DNA from: Amoeboaphelidium protococcarum X5
Taxonomy: Eukaryota; Fungi; Aphelidiomycota
NCBI GenBank assembly: GCA_023515725.1
Contig: JALDTO010000296.1
Coordinates: 1-8,094, forward strand
Direction of reading: 5' to 3'
DNA: 8,094 bases
This document shows, in pieces, positions 7,297-8,094 of the stretch; position 1 is the stretch's first letter; each line of letters starts with the position of its first letter. The position numbers were made by a program, and so were the translations under genes. Under the pieces are notes generated by a model. The model made no database searches. It saw only the letters and a list, made by a program, of their open reading frames with translations, and was not told the origin of the DNA.

Positions 7297-8094
7297 ATGA
7301 CTTCACTGTTAAAAGATTCTGAACTTTGCTCATTCTATCGTTTGAGTAATGTTAATGATGTTCAATATTGGTCTGAAGCAGTGCCTGAAGCTGATGCTGC
7401 AATTGTCCCAACTATTTCCAATGCTGCCATGCCGAGTCTAGATAACAATAACAATAGTAATAATAATAATAATAAGAATGAAGGTTTATAGCTAGTAATG
7501 GAGTCTGTAAGTGACTATAAAGAGTATACGTATGAGTAAATGTTCACAGAGTTGGTGGAGAGACTGGAGTTGGAGACTAGTAAGCAGGAGATTTCTCTGC
7601 GTGAACTTGTCAAGGATTGTTTCGATGAATTTGTGATGGCCAAAGGCTCTGTAGATTCAGTTTACGCTAATATTTTGAGTAAATAATAATAACAATAATA
7701 GTAGCAAGTAAAAGGGCGTCTAGTACAACCATAATCATAATCATCATCTATTAGGAGTGGTGAAAGTGAGCTGTCTCATGCGTTGCTGGATGTCAATTCT
7801 AGTGTCACCGCCACTTTGTAGTATATGAGTGGTATGTATAGTCCTATAATAGATCGCCGTCTCAAGGTGAGATCTCTCCGTCACAGTATTGGCACTCTAT
7901 CCAAGTACTCTTATCTATTCAATCTGCCCATTGTGATTTAAAGTTTTATTTAAAGTGGTTACAAATCTTCATCTTTATTCGGTAATGTTGAATTGCAGCG
8001 ATTGGAACTATTGATTAGTGATATCGCGAGAGGTGAGGAGTAAATTTCCGCTAATGAAGATGCATCATTGAAGTGTGTTTATAGTCAAGTCGGG
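7297..8094 (+). CDS. SEC5: Exocyst complex component Sec5/EXOC2, 5' part (runs off the window end)
   Basis: Frame open from ATG 7297 to the window end with no TGA. It contains LRELVKDCFDEFVMAKGSVDSVY (Sec5 LKxLVxxNFxxFVxxKxxID-like) and YSPIIDRRLKVRSLRHSIGTLSKYSYLFNLP. The N-terminus DSELCSFYRLS..W resembles fungal Sec5. Confidence 0.8.
7444..7473 (+). repeat. AAT/AAC-rich tract encoding poly-Asn (NNNNSNNNNN)
   Basis: AAC AAT AAC AAT AGT AAT AAT AAT AAT AAT in the Sec5 frame. Confidence 0.9.
7684..7707 (+). repeat. Poly-Gln (Q8) tract written in mixed TAA/TAG/CAA codons
   Basis: TAA TAA TAA CAA TAA TAG TAG CAA in the Sec5 frame. Confidence 0.9.

Noticed and set aside
7507-7549. GTAAGT...CAG candidate intron in Sec5
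   Set aside because: Removing 43 nt would shift a frame that is already open and leads into the conserved Sec5 motif.
1-8094. CRISPR array, transposon or prokaryotic defence system
   Set aside because: No regularly spaced repeats, terminal inverted repeats, or transposase/RT motifs were seen, and all genes are eukaryotic in type.

Overview
This is gene-dense eukaryotic DNA that uses a non-standard genetic code: TAA and TAG read as Gln and TGA is the only stop (translation table 6), so the supplied ORF track is fragmented. Retranslated by hand, the window holds five apparently intron-free genes. (1) 247-3735(-): a ~1160-aa protein with a signal peptide, a full DD3-3-like ectodomain, one extra TM helix and a complete gp91phox-type NADPH oxidase core. 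This is a DUOX-like topology with a different ectodomain and no EF-hands, and it is the main finding. (2) 4205-5224(+): endonuclease III/NTH1, divergent from the oxidase. (3) 5338-6345(-): an orphan protein with about seven TM helices. (4) 6823-7065(+): a shrunken NDUFA5-like complex I subunit. (5) 7297->8094(+): the 5' part of exocyst subunit Sec5/EXOC2. Positions 1-170 are hairpin-rich and may be the 3' half of a structured RNA (RNase P-like, tentative). The TAR=Gln code with fungal-like proteins suggests an aphelid such as Amoeboaphelidium protococcarum (inference). Family calls come from motif recognition, not database searches.
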